Source: Verrucomicrobiales bacterium
Lineage (GTDB): Bacteria > Verrucomicrobiota > Verrucomicrobiia > Verrucomicrobiales > V1-33
Direction of reading: 5' to 3'
DNA: 55,140 nt
NCBI GenBank assembly: GCA_043757865.1
Contig: JAYVOP010000254.1
Coordinates: 1-55,140 of the forward strand
The position numbers and the translations under genes were made by a program. Under the pieces are notes generated by a model, which worked only from the letters and a program-made list of their open reading frames with translations, was not told the DNA's origin and did no database searches. Positions 17,081 to 28,463 of this stretch are shown one piece after another. Position 1 is the first letter of the stretch, and each line of letters starts with the position of its first letter.

Positions 17081-18535
17081 ATGAGCCAGCCCCCCACAGC
17101 CCCTGCGGCTATCGATCTGACCCGCCGTTCCTTCCTGCGCACGGGAGCCGTCAGTGCCGCCGCCCTGAATCTGACTAAACGCACGGCAAATGCCGCCGAG
17201 CCCTCGGATACCGTCAACATCGCCCTCATTGGCTTCGGAGCCCAGGGCGAAACGCTGCAACGCGCCATTTCCAAAGTCACCAGCGTCCCCTTCAAGTGGG
17301 TGGCCATGTGCGACATCCTCAAAAGCAAAGCAGGCTCTGCCGCTCAGAAGGTCGGCGTGGGGCTGGAAAATGCCTACACCGACTTGGATTCCATGCTTAA
17401 GGCGCACCCGGAGATTGATGCCGTTTTCATTGCCGTGCCAGACTGGTTACACGCGCCTTACGTCATCAAATGTCATCAAGCAGGCAAGCAAGTCTATTGT
17501 GAAAAAATGATGTCCAACACGCTGGAAGCAGCCCAGAGCATGGTCAAGAGCCAGCGCACTTCTGGCCTCCTGCTCCAGATTGGCCACCAACGGCGGAGCA
17601 ATCCCCGCTATCGTTTCGCGCGGGACGAGATCATGCGGAACCTCAAAGTCTGCGGCAAGATCACCCACGCCTACGGTCAGTGGAATCGCGGTGTGACCAA
17701 GCCCATCAGCGGGCGTTATGATCCAGAACAGGTCAAGACCATCACGGACTCTGGCTACAAGGACGTCTTCGAATACTTGAACTGGCGTTACTACCGGAAA
17801 TACGGCGGCGGTCCTTACTCTGACCTAGGCGCGCACCAGATCGATATTTTCAACTGGATGTTCGGCGTCACTCCACGTTCCGTCATGGTCACGGGCGGCA
17901 CGGACTATTATAAGAACATCAATTTCGATAAAGAGAATCCGAGCAACCTCATCACCTACGAGCATCCCGATAACGTGATTGCCGTTTACGAATACGATGT
18001 GCCTAACAACGGCCTCGTGCGTGTGGTTTATCAAGTGGTGACGACCAATAGCTCCATGACCGCCTACGAGAAATACATGGGCGACAGCGGCACGATGGTG
18101 CTAGCAGAAGTGGATTCCTATAACCAAGTGTATCGGGAGAAATTCGATGGTGATGTGGCCAAATGGGAAGACCAGTTTTTCCGCAAAGGCTATCTGAAAA
18201 AGAACGCTGGGAACATCAAGAATAAGTTCTGGGAACGGGACCGCTCCACGTGGGCCAAGCCTGATCCCTGGCTGGACAAAGAAGGGGTGGTCGACGTGCG
18301 CGCCTCCGCTCCGCTGGACCCGTATGAACTCCCCATCACACTCAGTTTACCCTACCACACTCCCCACGTGGAGAACTTCCTGAAGACCGTGCATTCCAAA
18401 GGTAAACAGAGCGATCTGAACTGCCCCGTGGAAGATGCCTACAAATGTGCCGTAGCCGTGATCCGCGTCAACGAGCTGGTCCTGGCTGGTGGCGGGAAGA
18501 TTGACTTCAAGCCGGAAGAATTTATCGTTGCCTAA
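17081..18535 (+). CDS. Gfo/Idh/MocA-family oxidoreductase with Tat signal
   Basis: TRRSFL Tat motif; IGFGAQG, VPDWLH, YCEK, GHQRRS, DLGAHQID. Confidence 0.92.
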   Translation: MSQPPTAPAAIDLTRRSFLRTGAVSAAALNLTKRTANAAEPSDTVNIALIGFGAQGETLQRAISKVTSVPFKWVAMCDILKSKAGSAAQKVGVGLENAYTDLDSMLKAHPEIDAVFIAVPDWLHAPYVIKCHQAGKQVYCEKMMSNTLEAAQSMVKSQRTSGLLLQIGHQRRSNPRYRFARDEIMRNLKVCGKITHAYGQWNRGVTKPISGRYDPEQVKTITDSGYKDVFEYLNWRYYRKYGGGPYSDLGAHQIDIFNWMFGVTPRSVMVTGGTDYYKNINFDKENPSNLITYEHPDNVIAVYEYDVPNNGLVRVVYQVVTTNSSMTAYEKYMGDSGTMVLAEVDSYNQVYREKFDGDVAKWEDQFFRKGYLKKNAGNIKNKFWERDRSTWAKPDPWLDKEGVVDVRASAPLDPYELPITLSLPYHTPHVENFLKTVHSKGKQSDLNCPVEDAYKCAVAVIRVNELVLAGGGKIDFKPEEFIVA

Positions 18536-18575
18536 CTCCCCCTAAAACACCTCTTTCCCTAACCCCCCTGTTCTT

Positions 18576-19412
18576 ATGAAAAAGCATCCTCTCTCGCTCG
18601 CTCTAGCCGCTGTGGCTGTGCTCGCCCTGAACTCCTGTGACGCCCCACCTCCCGGCATGTCCGCCTCCGGCGGTGGTGCCACGGCGGCTCCCATCGTAGC
18701 AGTCGCTCCCGGTGTAGCCCCTGCTCCCGTCGCACCTGCTGCGGCTCCAGTTCCCGTCGTTGCCAAAGCTCCAGAGCCCGTCCGCGCGGCTCCAGCAACC
18801 CCCGCCGCCGTGCCTGCTGGCCCGCTGCAAAAAGTAAGCCCAAAGATGCCCGAGCCGCTCTTCGCAGGCACGCCGTTGCCCGCCGATAACACCATCCCTA
18901 ACTTGGACAAAGCGGGAACCCCGCCCGTCCTCACCGCCGATCTCCCAGAAGGCTCCAAGCTGCTTTCCATGAAGGCCAAGGTCACCTCCAGTTGCCCGAA
19001 TCCCTTCACTGGCACCTTGGATTTGGTGACCGATGGCGAGAAGGATGGCAGCGATGGCTACTTCGTGGAGCTAGACCCAGGCAAACAGTGGGTCCAGATA
19101 GACCTAGGCGAAACCAAGGAAGTCTGGGGTCTCTGGATGTGGCATTTCCACAAAGCCGCCTTCGTCTATAAGGGCGTCGTGGTCCAAGTCTCCAATGATG
19201 CCGACTGCAAGAACGCCACCATCATTTATAACAACGACTACGATAACTCCGTGGGCCTGGGCGTCGGCAAAGATAACTCCTATACCGAGACCAACAATGG
19301 CCGTTACGTGGCAGGCAAAGGCACCAAAGGCCGCTACGTCCGCCTCTGGTCCAATGGCCGTTACCTGGATGAGATGAACCACTACATTGAAGTGGAAATC
19401 TACGGGAAATAA
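18576..19412 (+). CDS. Lipoprotein with Pro/Ala linker and discoidin (F5/8 type C)-like domain
   Basis: LNSC lipobox; VTDG...WVQIDLG...GRYVRL...IEVEIYG. Confidence 0.8.
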   Translation: MKKHPLSLALAAVAVLALNSCDAPPPGMSASGGGATAAPIVAVAPGVAPAPVAPAAAPVPVVAKAPEPVRAAPATPAAVPAGPLQKVSPKMPEPLFAGTPLPADNTIPNLDKAGTPPVLTADLPEGSKLLSMKAKVTSSCPNPFTGTLDLVTDGEKDGSDGYFVELDPGKQWVQIDLGETKEVWGLWMWHFHKAAFVYKGVVVQVSNDADCKNATIIYNNDYDNSVGLGVGKDNSYTETNNGRYVAGKGTKGRYVRLWSNGRYLDEMNHYIEVEIYGK

Positions 19413-19891
19413 GGCACGCTTATCCGAAGAGGTGCCTTCCGCATGAGGCCCCCCACCCTAGCCCGCAGCCGACTCACCTCGGCGGTTACCTGTAGCAGCA
19501 AACCTGAGTTCCTCTGCGCCCGCATCACGGCCCCGCCCTGCACCTTCATCAGCTCACGGAGGCGTTTGAGTTGCAGCGTTCGGGAGCCGTCTAGCAGGTC
19601 TGCGAGGAATGAGCGCAAGCCTGGATTGGAAAGGATGATCCCAGCAGAATCTAGCCCACGCCCTGGCCGATGATTCCCCTCCTGATAACGCAAAATCCCA
19701 GCTGCCAGTCGAGTGGCTAGGGCGTCCCGTCGAGCCTCCGCTATCGCCCAACCGCCATCGTGGGAGATTATGGGATGCTGTAATATGACCCGTTGACCGT
19801 ATAGCATGGTCTCCCGGCTGTTGAGCGTGATTACCAGGGGTTCCTTCTCCAAGTCTCCGGTAGAAAAGGGTTCAGCTCCTTTTACACCCAT
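19400..19891 (-). other. Hypothetical ORF / possible remnant of an N-acetylmuramoyl-L-alanine amidase gene
   Basis: The only sizeable ORF in a 490-bp gap. Segments resemble amidase N-terminal and C-terminal parts, with no catalytic core. Confidence 0.3.
19411..19438 (+). terminator. Possible terminator hairpin after the lipoprotein gene
   Basis: AAGGCAC...GTGCCTT stem overlapping the stop codon; weak U-tract. Confidence 0.35.
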
Positions 19892-19903
19892 CGCTGCCTA
19901 AAG

Positions 19904-20701
19904 TTAGCGCTCCGTGTCTGGCCAGCGGAAAAAGGCCTGAGCCACGGCGGTGGTTTGCTGGGCTAAGGTGGCTAGGCTCACGCCACGGGCGTCTGCGATG
20001 CACTGGGCGGTGTGGCGCACGTGGGCGGGCTCGCAGCGCTCGCGTTTCACGGCTTGGGGGCTGAGGTAGGGCGCGTCCGTTTCCACCATAAAGGTGCCCG
20101 GATCCGCCTGCATGGCGCATTCCAGCACCTCTGGGGCCTTCGGGTAGGTGGCGATGCCCGTGAAGGAAATGACGTGCCCCGCCGCCACTAATGGCTGAGC
20201 CTCCGCCCAGGAATTGATGAAGCAATGGAACTGCGCCCGCAGTTTCCCCGCGTAGGGCGCGATCATCGCAGTGCTCTCCGCAAAGCAGTTCCGTTGATGC
20301 ACCACCACGTTCAACTGACGTTCCACGGCCAGACCTAACTGGGCGCGATAGAAGTCCGCTTGCCGCGCTTTATAGATTTCCCAGGTCGTGTCCTGAGGTG
20401 CGTGGAAGTAGTCCAGGCCCATCTCGCCTAGGGCCACCACGCGGGGATGCTCTGCCATGCGGGCGATCTGCTCTAGCCAGTCCGGCTCTGTGACCTCCAT
20501 CACATAACAAGGATGCACGCCCACGGTGCAGAGGACTTGGGGGAAGGTCTCGGCTATTTCAATAGCCCGGCGGGAGCTAGCCACATCACACCCAATGGCG
20601 ATCATCTGCGTGACCCCCGCATCCTCCGCACGGCGGATGACATCAGGCAAATCCCGCGAGAAACGGGCGGAGTTCAGGTGGCAATGGGTATCAATCAACA
20701 T
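19904..20701 (-). CDS. tatD: TatD-family metal-dependent DNase
   Basis: IDTHCHL, GVHP, GEMGLDY, HCF, ETDAPYL. Confidence 0.93.
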   Translation of the reverse strand: MLIDTHCHLNSARFSRDLPDVIRRAEDAGVTQMIAIGCDVASSRRAIEIAETFPQVLCTVGVHPCYVMEVTEPDWLEQIARMAEHPRVVALGEMGLDYFHAPQDTTWEIYKARQADFYRAQLGLAVERQLNVVVHQRNCFAESTAMIAPYAGKLRAQFHCFINSWAEAQPLVAAGHVISFTGIATYPKAPEVLECAMQADPGTFMVETDAPYLSPQAVKRERCEPAHVRHTAQCIADARGVSLATLAQQTTAVAQAFFRWPDTER

Positions 20702-20880
20702 GGCGCATCGGTAACGATCCCTGCGTGAGAGGCGAGGAATATTTTTTCCTTACCACGGCCAGCGGGGTGCCGCAGATCACGCTCCAATACCTTGACGTGA
20801 AGGATGAATACCTTGGCGGGCGGTGCTCCTGCGGAAATGGACCTTGCCAGGGCGGGACGGCGGCGGATACTCGGGGCTCT

Positions 20881-22014
20881 ATGAGACCATTACAATATTC
20901 CTGGGCCTGCGGGCTGTTGTTTTCCACCACGCTCTGGGCGGCCCCGGAGGCGGATTGGCCGTTGTGGCGGGGCACGGCAGACATGCGCGGCGTGGCGCGT
21001 GGAGAGTTGAGTTTTCCCCTTTCCCTCCAATGGAAATTTGCTGCCGCTAAGCCGATCAAGGCCACGGCGGTGAGTGATGGGAAGCGCGTCTTCTTGGGGG
21101 ATGGTGCGGGCGTCTTCCGCGCCTGGGACGTGGCCACGGGGAAGGTGCTGTGGGAGTTCAAGCTGCCGAATGAGAAGGTCAAAGACCCCATTGAGGGCTC
21201 GGCTGCGTTGTTGGATGAGCGCGTGATCTTCGGCGGTGGAGACGGCGGCATTTACTGTCTGGAGCAGGCGACGGGCAAGCTGGTGTGGAAGTTCCTCACC
21301 GAAGGGGAAATCAAGGGGGCAGTGAATCTTTACCGTCCTGCGGACAAGCCCGCGGTGGTGCTGGTGGGCAGCTATGATAACCAACTCTATGCGCTGAATG
21401 GCACGGACGGCACCAAGCTCTGGACGGTGCCTACGAGTAACTACATCAATGGTGCGGCGGCCCTAGCCGGGAGCCGCGCGCTCTTCGGCGGGTGTGATGG
21501 GTTCCTCTACATCGTGGATGTGGAGACGGGGAAAGAAGTGGGCACGGTGGAGGTGAAGGACCCCATCGCTAACACGGTGGCCACGGATGGGACTCTGGCC
21601 TATCTGAGCCACTCCGGGAATGCCGTGCTGGCGATAGACTTGGGGACGCAGAAGACGAAATGGAGTTTTTCCGAGACGGATTTCCCCTACTTTGCCTCGC
21701 CTGCGGTGACGGATAAATACGTGCTAGCCGGAGACCGGGGGAAGCGGCTGCGTTGTCTGGACAGAGCCACCGGGGCTGAAGCGTGGTCCTTCCGCGCGAC
21801 GGGGAAGGTGGATAGCTCCCCTGTGGTGGTGGGCACGGCGGTGGTCTTCGGCAGTGATGATGGGCGGATCTATGCCGTGAATTTAGCAGACGGGAAAGAG
21901 CGCTGGAATTACGAGATTGGACCCGCCGTGCAGACTAGCCCGTGCGTGGCCGCAGGCCGCGTGCTGCTAGGAGCGGATGATGGCGTGCTGTATTGTTTCG
22001 GTGGGAAAGAATAA
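20881..22014 (+). CDS. PQQ-binding-like beta-propeller protein (BamB-like), secreted
   Basis: DWPLWRG; repeated A.D..TGK..W motifs; signal peptide from ATG 20881. Confidence 0.88.
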   Translation: MRPLQYSWACGLLFSTTLWAAPEADWPLWRGTADMRGVARGELSFPLSLQWKFAAAKPIKATAVSDGKRVFLGDGAGVFRAWDVATGKVLWEFKLPNEKVKDPIEGSAALLDERVIFGGGDGGIYCLEQATGKLVWKFLTEGEIKGAVNLYRPADKPAVVLVGSYDNQLYALNGTDGTKLWTVPTSNYINGAAALAGSRALFGGCDGFLYIVDVETGKEVGTVEVKDPIANTVATDGTLAYLSHSGNAVLAIDLGTQKTKWSFSETDFPYFASPAVTDKYVLAGDRGKRLRCLDRATGAEAWSFRATGKVDSSPVVVGTAVVFGSDDGRIYAVNLADGKERWNYEIGPAVQTSPCVAAGRVLLGADDGVLYCFGGKE

Positions 22015-22118
22015 CTCAGGCTTTTGATAAATCTCCGCTGGATTGTTCCCCCACTCTCGATACTGGTCACAATCCCATCCCCCAAAGCCGCGTCTCATCC
22101 GGCCTCCCCCCTTGCTGC

Positions 22119-22796
22119 ATGGACACTCTGATCGATCATATTAAACAATTTCTCCACGATCCCAATCTCGCGCTCACCGAGTGGGCAGAGCTATATAAGG
22201 GGTGGATCTACGGCATCCTCTTTCTCATCATTTTCTGCGAGACGGGGTTGGTAGTGGCACCGTTTTTGCCAGGAGATTCGTTGCTCTTTGCCGCAGGCGT
22301 GGTGGCCGCTAAGCCCGGTGGTATGGAGCTTTGGGTGCTGATGGTCATCCTGCCGTTAGCCGCTATCTTAGGGGATAATTTTAATTACCTAATCGGCCGC
22401 ATGGCTGGTCCCAAAGTCTTTAGTAAGGAGGGCAGCCGCTGGTTTAGCCGCAAGACGCTGGATAAAACCCAGGCTTACTATGACAAGCACGGACCCAAGA
22501 CGGTCGTGCTAGCACGGTTCATCCCGCTGGTGCGCACGTTCGCTCCCTTTGTGGCGGGGGTGGGGCAGATGTATTACCCCCGGTTCATGATCTTTGGGGT
22601 GATCGGCGCGTTTCTCTGGGTGCTGGTGTGCTGCGGTGCAGGGGCCATGTTTGGCAATAATGATCTGGTGAAAAATCATTTTGATGTGGTGGTCCTAGCC
22701 ATCATTGGCATTAGTCTGCTGCCGCCCTTGATTGGCTGGCTGAGCGGCGTGCTCAAGGAAAAGAAGGCCGCGCGCGCAGAGGGTGAATCGAATTAG
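22119..22796 (+). CDS. DedA-family membrane protein
   Basis: FCETGL...FLPGDSLLFAAG, GDNFNY, ARFIPLVRTFAPFVAG. Confidence 0.94.
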   Translation: MDTLIDHIKQFLHDPNLALTEWAELYKGWIYGILFLIIFCETGLVVAPFLPGDSLLFAAGVVAAKPGGMELWVLMVILPLAAILGDNFNYLIGRMAGPKVFSKEGSRWFSRKTLDKTQAYYDKHGPKTVVLARFIPLVRTFAPFVAGVGQMYYPRFMIFGVIGAFLWVLVCCGAGAMFGNNDLVKNHFDVVVLAIIGISLLPPLIGWLSGVLKEKKAARAEGESN

Positions 22797-23713
22797 CTAG
22801 CCTCTTCCTCCTCAGGCTCCGGCTCCTCTTCAATATCCGGGGCCACATAGACGAACTCGTAGGCTGGCTGATCGCTTGGATCAGCCACTGGTCTGGCCTC
22901 TAGCACGGGCATGGTAGGGCTTTCTGGCTGCGCAGCCTTAGGGCGCTTCGGTTTGGGCTCCTTTGGTTCTTTGGGTGGGGCGGAATCCAGCGGGAGTTCG
23001 TCCTGGTTAGGCTCGGCAGCGGGGGCTTTCTTGCCTTTGACAGTGGGCGGGGGATCGTCCTCGGGCTCGGGTAATTTTACGGAGCGGAGTTCCGCAGCGT
23101 TGGGCAGATCATCCACGGTCTTGATGCCGAAGTGTTCTAGGAAAAGATCCGTCGTTTCATAAAGCAAAGGCCGTCCTGGCAGATCTGCGCGGCCTGCTAT
23201 GCGGACGACATTTCGATCTAGCAACGTCTGCATGGGGCCATCCACACTGACCCCACGCACGGCTTCGATGCTGGCCCGCGTGACTGGCTGCCGATAAGCA
23301 ATAATCGCCAGTGTCTCCAGCGCACTGGGCGTAAGTCGGCTCGGTTTTTTCTCTGGAAAGAGCCCGCGGACCCAAGGTGCATAGTCTGGCCGAGCTGCGA
23401 TACGATAGCCCGTGGGCCGCTCAATGAGCGTAAAGGCACGGCCCGTTTCTTGATAGTTCCGCACCAGCGCCAAGATGGCCTCCGTCACTTGCTCCTCGGT
23501 CACGTCCGCATAGCGCAGCATCATCAGCGTGTGATCGTCCAGCGCCTCCAGCGGCTCTGCAAAGTTCTCCATTTGTCCTAACGCGGCATCCGCCGCATCC
23601 TTCTGCGCCTTCGCAGGTGCAGCGGAGGTGGTAATGACGCGGGCCATTTCCCGGGCGGACACGCCATCTGGGCTAGCAAAAATGAGGGCTTCAACAATGT
23701 GTTCTAATTCCAT
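22793..23713 (-). CDS. scpB: Segregation and condensation protein B
   Basis: VEALIFAS, ALETLAIIAYRQPVTRASIEAVRGV, GRPLLYETT. Confidence 0.95.
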   Translation of the reverse strand: MELEHIVEALIFASPDGVSAREMARVITTSAAPAKAQKDAADAALGQMENFAEPLEALDDHTLMMLRYADVTEEQVTEAILALVRNYQETGRAFTLIERPTGYRIAARPDYAPWVRGLFPEKKPSRLTPSALETLAIIAYRQPVTRASIEAVRGVSVDGPMQTLLDRNVVRIAGRADLPGRPLLYETTDLFLEHFGIKTVDDLPNAAELRSVKLPEPEDDPPPTVKGKKAPAAEPNQDELPLDSAPPKEPKEPKPKRPKAAQPESPTMPVLEARPVADPSDQPAYEFVYVAPDIEEEPEPEEEEAS

Positions 23714-23725
23714 GTGAATTCGAGG

Positions 23726-24478
23726 TTAGGCATTTTCATTGCGGGTCAGGGTGATGATGCCCAGTAGGGTGTCTTGGCTGACGCGGAACTGCCGCAGTTT
23801 AATGAGTTCTAACATGGCGATAAAGGTCACGATCATCTCATCACGCGTGCAGCCATAAGGGAAGAGCGCGATCAGCCCGATGCTCTGCCCCGGCTCCACT
23901 TCCCGCAGCAGATACTCAATTTTATCTGCCACCGTCCAGCGCTCATCCACGATCTCTCGCAGCTCAGGGAGCTTGGGGCCTTCTTTAAAACGGTCCAGAA
24001 TCCCATTGAACGCCTGGATCAAATCAAAGATCCCTAACTCCTTAGGAAACGGCTCCGGTCCATCGTCCACTTCCATGCCCTCGGGCGCTTCCGGCACTGA
24101 GGGGAAAAAATTCTCATTCAGCAAGGCGCGACGTTGCAGAAAGCTAGCCGCGTCCTTGAACTTCTTATATTCGATCAGTTGGCGGATCAACTCCCAGCGC
24201 GGATCATCCTCGTCGGCATCTTCCTCGGGCGGTTGCACCACCTTCGGCAGTAGCGTGCGGCTCTTCAAATACATCAAGTTAGCCGCCATGACCACGAACT
24301 CGCCAGCTAGGTCGATGTTCAGCATCTTGAAGGCATTCATGTATTCCAGATACTGCTTGGTGATGCGCTCCATGCTCAGATCATGGACGTCCACCTCGTC
24401 CTTCTTCGCTAGATAGAGAAGCAAGTCGAGCGGGCCCTCGAAGATATCGAGTTTAACTTTGTAAGGGTCATCGAGCAC
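23726..24478 (-). CDS. scpA: Segregation and condensation protein A (kleisin)
   Basis: FEGPLDLLL, AGEFVVMAA, KSRTLLP, VTFIAMLEL. Confidence 0.95.
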   Translation of the reverse strand: MLDDPYKVKLDIFEGPLDLLLYLAKKDEVDVHDLSMERITKQYLEYMNAFKMLNIDLAGEFVVMAANLMYLKSRTLLPKVVQPPEEDADEDDPRWELIRQLIEYKKFKDAASFLQRRALLNENFFPSVPEAPEGMEVDDGPEPFPKELGIFDLIQAFNGILDRFKEGPKLPELREIVDERWTVADKIEYLLREVEPGQSIGLIALFPYGCTRDEMIVTFIAMLELIKLRQFRVSQDTLLGIITLTRNENA

Positions 24479-24631
24479 GTTACGGGAGGTAAAAACTGGG
24501 GAAGCCCCAGCGGGCCGGGCTTCTAGCGCAGGCCCCGGTGGGGTGCAAGGAAATGGCGCACGGATTTTTGGGGGCCGCCGAGCCCCGTCCGCCTCGTTGA
24601 CAAGGGACTTCGTCTGGCTCGTTTAGCAGGC

Positions 24632-25315
24632 ATGATCTCCGCCCTGCGCAAAGCCTTGTCCCAGTTACTCACTGACCCCAAAATGTGGTTACTAGTGTTC
24701 TGGAGCGTCATGCTCGCGTTGCTCTGTTTCCTGGCCTTGTGGGCGGGGATGGGTGGGCTGTTGCGTTGGGGGGCGGGGCATTGGCCCAGGGTGGCGGGAT
24801 GGTTAGAGGTCGGCGGGTGGGTGGTTAGTTTTGTGGCGGCGTGTCTGTTGTTTCCCTCCACGTTTGTGCTGGTGCAGAGCTTTTTCCAAGAGGCGGTGGC
24901 GGAGCGGGTGGAGGCGAGGCATTACGCTCATCTGCCACCTGCCGCAGGGGTGCCGCTGGCGACGACGATCGGGCGGGCGCTGAAATTTTTCGCCATCATG
25001 GTCTCACTGAATCTGGGCGCGGCTCCCGTGTATCTGGGACTGATGTTCCTCGCAGGCAGTGGTGCGGCGGTCTATGCGGTGCTCAATGGCTGGCTGGCCG
25101 GGCGGGAGTATTTCGAGGTCATCGCGTTGCGGCGGATGAGCGGGGCGGAGGTGGATGCAGCACGGAAAGCCCGTGCTGGAGCAGTCTTCTGGACTGGGCT
25201 GGCAATCACGCTGTTAGGTTTGATCCCCATTGTTAATCTCCTCATGCCCATTCTAGGCGCAGCAGCCATGGTGCATGTGGCCCAGCGGCCTCTACGGGAG
25301 GCGGCTACTTCGTAA
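24632..25315 (+). CDS. EI24/CysZ-like membrane protein
   Basis: Hydrophobic helices; AERVEARHY, GWLAGREYFE, IPIVNLLMP. Confidence 0.8.
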   Translation: MISALRKALSQLLTDPKMWLLVFWSVMLALLCFLALWAGMGGLLRWGAGHWPRVAGWLEVGGWVVSFVAACLLFPSTFVLVQSFFQEAVAERVEARHYAHLPPAAGVPLATTIGRALKFFAIMVSLNLGAAPVYLGLMFLAGSGAAVYAVLNGWLAGREYFEVIALRRMSGAEVDAARKARAGAVFWTGLAITLLGLIPIVNLLMPILGAAAMVHVAQRPLREAATS

Positions 25316-25616
25316 AACGGAAGATCGTCTCGCCCGGCTTATGCAGGTCTAGCAGATCCCGCGCTTTGAGTTCAATGAATGCGCGGTCGCCATCCAGGAG
25401 CACATTCTCGTTCTCTAGGCGTTCCTTGTTTTCCTGTAACGTGGACAACTCTGTCTTGAGACTAGCGATCTTTTCATCGGTCGCCCGCAGCCCTTTGAAC
25501 TCGGGCAACAACGTCAGCGCCAGCCCACCAAACAACAATATTAAGCAGCCGACAAAAGCGAGTCGGGTGACTAAAGTCCAGGCAGAGCTGGGTTCGTGTG
25601 AGGCAGGCTGGCGCAT
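25305..25616 (-). CDS. FtsB/DivIC septum formation initiator family protein
   Basis: TM followed by coiled coil and IELKARDLLDLHKPGETIF; directly downstream of eno. Confidence 0.85.
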   Translation of the reverse strand: MRQPASHEPSSAWTLVTRLAFVGCLILLFGGLALTLLPEFKGLRATDEKIASLKTELSTLQENKERLENENVLLDGDRAFIELKARDLLDLHKPGETIFRFTK

Positions 25617-25629
25617 GATGTGTGGGTGG

Positions 25630-27084
<1,455 letters not shown>

Positions 27085-27174
27085 TCAAGATCGGGGTCGG
27101 GCTGAGGCCTGAGGGCGCGCGCTTGAGAACTTCCTCCTTTCCATTTCCCGCAGCCCGCTATGATCCCCGCCACT

Positions 27175-28308
27175 ATGACGAAAATAATCAATGTTGGCAT
27201 CATCGGCGGCGGCCTTATGGGTCGGGAAATGGCGAGTGCTTTTGCACGTTGGTTCGCGCTGCGGGATCTGCCCGTGCGGCCCGTGCTGCGGGCGGTGGCG
27301 GATGTGGCCGCCCCGGTGCTAGCGTGGTTCCAGCAGTTGCCAGTGCCACCCGCGCTCTTGACCACGGACTACCATGAAATGTTAGCCGATCCCGCCATCG
27401 ACGTCGTTTACGTGGCCGTGCCGCACCATTTGCACGAGAAAATTTATCTCGATGTGCTCGCTGCGGGCAAAGACCTACTGGCAGAGAAACCTTTTGGCAT
27501 CGACCTCGCAGCCGCCCAGCGCATCGTGGCGGCCACGGCGGCGGGCTCGTGCTTTGTGCGTTGCTCATCAGAGTTCCCCTTCTTTCCCGGTGCCCAGGCG
27601 GTGTATCAAACCGCGCTGGCTGGCGGGCTGGGGCGCATTTTAGAAGTGCAGAGCGGCTTCCATCACAGCAGTGATCTTGATGCCTCCAAGCCTGCTAACT
27701 GGAAGCGCCTGAACGCCACCTGTGGGGAGATCGGCGTGTTAGGAGATCTCGGGATGCACACGCTCCACGTGCCGCTGCGGCTAGGGTGGCAGCCGCACAG
27801 CGTCTATGCCCAACTACAAAAGGGCTTCTCCACGCGCCCGAATCCCGATGGCACCTCGACCGCTTGTGACACTTGGGACAATGCGCTGCTGCACACCTGG
27901 GTCACACTGGAAAGCCAGCCGGAGGCCGTGCCCCTGCGGTTGGAAATGAAGCGGCTGGCTCCGGGAGCGACGAATAGTTGGTTCATCAACGTCATCGGCA
28001 CCCAGGGCGGCATCCGTTATACCACCGCCGAGCCGAAGACCATCCACCGCTTCCGCTCAGCCAAGGAGCAGGGCTGGGAGCGCATCGACCTGGGCTTCGA
28101 GACGGCCTTTCCCACCATCACGGGCCATATTTTCGAGCCCGGTTTTCCGGATCTCATGCAGCAGATGTGGGCGGCCTATCTCATGGAACGCGCGGGCTTG
28201 CTAGCCGGACGGTTCGGCTGCGTGACGCCTGCGGAGGCGCTGGCAGCTCACCGCATCTATGCCGCAGCCCTCGCCTCCCACGCCACTGGCCGCGCAGAGC
28301 CCGTGTGA
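27175..28308 (+). CDS. Gfo/Idh/MocA-family oxidoreductase (cytoplasmic)
   Basis: GIIGGGLMG, AVPHHLH, AEKP, DLGMH; start at 27160 or 27175. Confidence 0.9.
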   Translation: MTKIINVGIIGGGLMGREMASAFARWFALRDLPVRPVLRAVADVAAPVLAWFQQLPVPPALLTTDYHEMLADPAIDVVYVAVPHHLHEKIYLDVLAAGKDLLAEKPFGIDLAAAQRIVAATAAGSCFVRCSSEFPFFPGAQAVYQTALAGGLGRILEVQSGFHHSSDLDASKPANWKRLNATCGEIGVLGDLGMHTLHVPLRLGWQPHSVYAQLQKGFSTRPNPDGTSTACDTWDNALLHTWVTLESQPEAVPLRLEMKRLAPGATNSWFINVIGTQGGIRYTTAEPKTIHRFRSAKEQGWERIDLGFETAFPTITGHIFEPGFPDLMQQMWAAYLMERAGLLAGRFGCVTPAEALAAHRIYAAALASHATGRAEPV

Positions 28309-28463
28309 TCGTTAAATGGAGCGCGGACTTGCTGTCCGCCGCATCACGCACGGGCAAAGCATTGGAAAATTTACAGAAATTCTAAATTTGAGTTTTCCCC
28401 AGACGCCCCCACTATACACGCCATCCCGCCCCCTGGCGCTTCCCCCCTAACTATTTCCCCCAC

